Source: Moraxellaceae bacterium UBA2477 (lineage in GTDB: Bacteria > Pseudomonadota > Gammaproteobacteria > Pseudomonadales > Moraxellaceae). From it: a stretch of DNA of 64,000 nt. Positions 62,704 through 64,000 of this stretch are shown here, piece by piece; within the stretch, counting starts at the first letter, position 1; the number at the start of each line of letters is the position of its first letter. The DNA is taken from positions 744 to 64,743 of the forward strand of contig DDPD01000071.1 of the NCBI GenBank assembly GCA_002342025.1, given 5' to 3'. The translations under genes were made by a program, and so were the position numbers. The notes below the pieces were generated by a model. That model was not told where the DNA came from. It did no database searches and saw nothing but the letters and a program-made list of their open reading frames with translations.

Positions 62704-63807
62704 TCAACCGGCAACGCTGCCCGGAATCACGGGCGTGCTGCACGTGACCATCGCATTTTGAGCACGATGACGCAGCGCGTGATCCAGCAGTACGATGGCT
62801 AACATGGCCTCTGCAATAGGCGTGGCACGCACACCCACGCAGGGGTCATGACGACCTTTAGTGACCACTTCAATGGCCTCGCCTTTGAGGTTGATGCTAC
62901 GACCCGGCGTGGTGATGCTTGAGGTCGGCTTCAAAGCAATACGCACAATCAGATCCTGACCGCTGGAGATGCCACCCAAGACACCGCCCGCGTGATTACT
63001 GAGAAAACCTTCCGGTGTTAGCTCGTCACGGTGTTGCTCACCCCGCTGGGCTACCACAGCAAAGCCATCGCCAATTTCCACGCCCTTCACGGCGTTAATG
63101 CTCATCATGGCATGGGCAATATCGGCATCTAGGCGATCAAATACCGGCTCACCCCAACCCACTGGCATGCCTGTCGCGAAAACTTCTACGGCCGCACCAA
63201 TGCTGGAGCCTTCGGTGCGCATGCTGAGTACGAGCTGCTCCATTTCTAGCACGGCTTCGCGATCACCACAAAAGAACGGATTTTCGCGGACATAATCCCA
63301 GTCGCAGGTCTGCGCCTTAATGTCACCAATTTGCGAAACTCTACCGCGAATGCTGACGCCAAACTGCTCAGCCAGCACTTTGCGGGCAATGGCACCGGCA
63401 GCGACGCGCATGGCCGTTTCACGGGCACTGGAGCGACCGCCGCCACGATAATCACGGAAGCCAAACTTGTGCGTGTAAGTGTAGTCCGCATGGGCAGGAC
63501 GGAAGGTGTCGGCAATGTTGCCGTAATCCTTGGAGCGCTGGTCCGTGTTCTCAATGACCAGCGCAATGGGGGTTCCCGTGGTGCGGCCTTCAAACACACC
63601 AGACAAAATTTTGACTTGATCTTCTTCTTTGCGTTGCGTCGCAAACGATGAAGTGCCGGGCTTACGACGATCGAGATCACCCTGCAAGTCTGCTTCCGTC
63701 AGGGCAATGCCGGGCGGAACGCCATCCACAATGGCGGTGAGCGCAAGGCCATGCGATTCGCCCGCGGTCATGACGCGAAAAACTTGCCCAATGCTGTTGC
63801 CGGCCAT
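62704..63807 (-). CDS. aroC: Chorismate synthase
   Basis: [35 protein letters not shown]. Confidence 0.98.
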   Translation of the reverse strand: MAGNSIGQVFRVMTAGESHGLALTAIVDGVPPGIALTEADLQGDLDRRKPGTSSFATQRKEEDQVKILSGVFEGRTTGTPIALVIENTDQRSKDYGNIADTFRPAHADYTYTHKFGFRDYRGGGRSSARETAMRVAAGAIARKVLAEQFGVSIRGRVSQIGDIKAQTCDWDYVRENPFFCGDREAVLEMEQLVLSMRTEGSSIGAAVEVFATGMPVGWGEPVFDRLDADIAHAMMSINAVKGVEIGDGFAVVAQRGEQHRDELTPEGFLSNHAGGVLGGISSGQDLIVRIALKPTSSITTPGRSINLKGEAIEVVTKGRHDPCVGVRATPIAEAMLAIVLLDHALRHRAQNAMVTCSTPVIPGSVAG

Positions 63808-63808
63808 C

Positions 63809-64000
63809 TTAAATGCTCGCCTCAAAAACCGCCTGATGTTCGCGGCAATCCGCCGCCGTTAATACAAATACGCCTTTGCCACCGCGCTCGAATTCAATCC
63901 ACACAAAAGGCACATCGGGGAACGTTTGTTCCAGTGCCCATTGCGAGTTACCCACTTCGACCACCAGAATGCCGTCTTCCGTTAGGTAATCCGCGGCTTC
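63809..64000 (-). CDS. prmB: 50S ribosomal protein L3 glutamine methyltransferase, C-terminal fragment
   Basis: Hand translation ...[47 protein letters not shown]...; prmB-aroC synteny. Confidence 0.92.
   Translation of the reverse strand, partial: EAADYLTEDGILVVEVGNSQWALEQTFPDVPFVWIEFERGGKGVFVLTAADCREHQAVFEASI

Noticed and set aside
1-64000. CRISPR array, IS elements, prophage or defence genes
   Set aside because: No regularly spaced repeats, and no transposase, integrase, phage or recognisable defence proteins; nearly all sequence is accounted for by the listed genes

Overview
A 64 kb chromosomal segment of a gammaproteobacterium, probably a free-living Moraxellaceae/Pseudomonadales member (inferred from the Acinetobacter-like NfuA, QueD and AroC and from gene order). 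Most of it is housekeeping: rlmKL, pyrD, pepN, nadK, queD, mdh, nfuA, metH, sohB, nudC, dnaQ, rnhA, gloB, mltD, yejABEF, fabI, ppiD, hupB, lon, clpX, clpP, tig, four tRNAs, folD, cysS, glnS, ppiB, lpxH, rlmA, miaE, aroC and part of prmB. The standout accessory block lies between the tRNA operon and folD (41.1-47.7 kb). There a MerR regulator with intact CarH-type adenosylcobalamin photoreceptor motifs heads an overlapping operon encoding three different photolyase/cryptochrome proteins plus a 57-aa DUF2256 Cys-rich protein missed by the ORF track. A TIGR03643/oxidoreductase pair and an AT-rich promoter with repeated palindromes precede it. No carotenoid genes are present in the window. Other points of interest are an exported lactonase-like MBL hydrolase, an aqualysin-like protease, several unannotated small ORFs and codon-usage mosaicism inside core genes. 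No integrase, transposase, CRISPR array or rRNA was seen. All product calls come from motif recognition by eye, not database searches.
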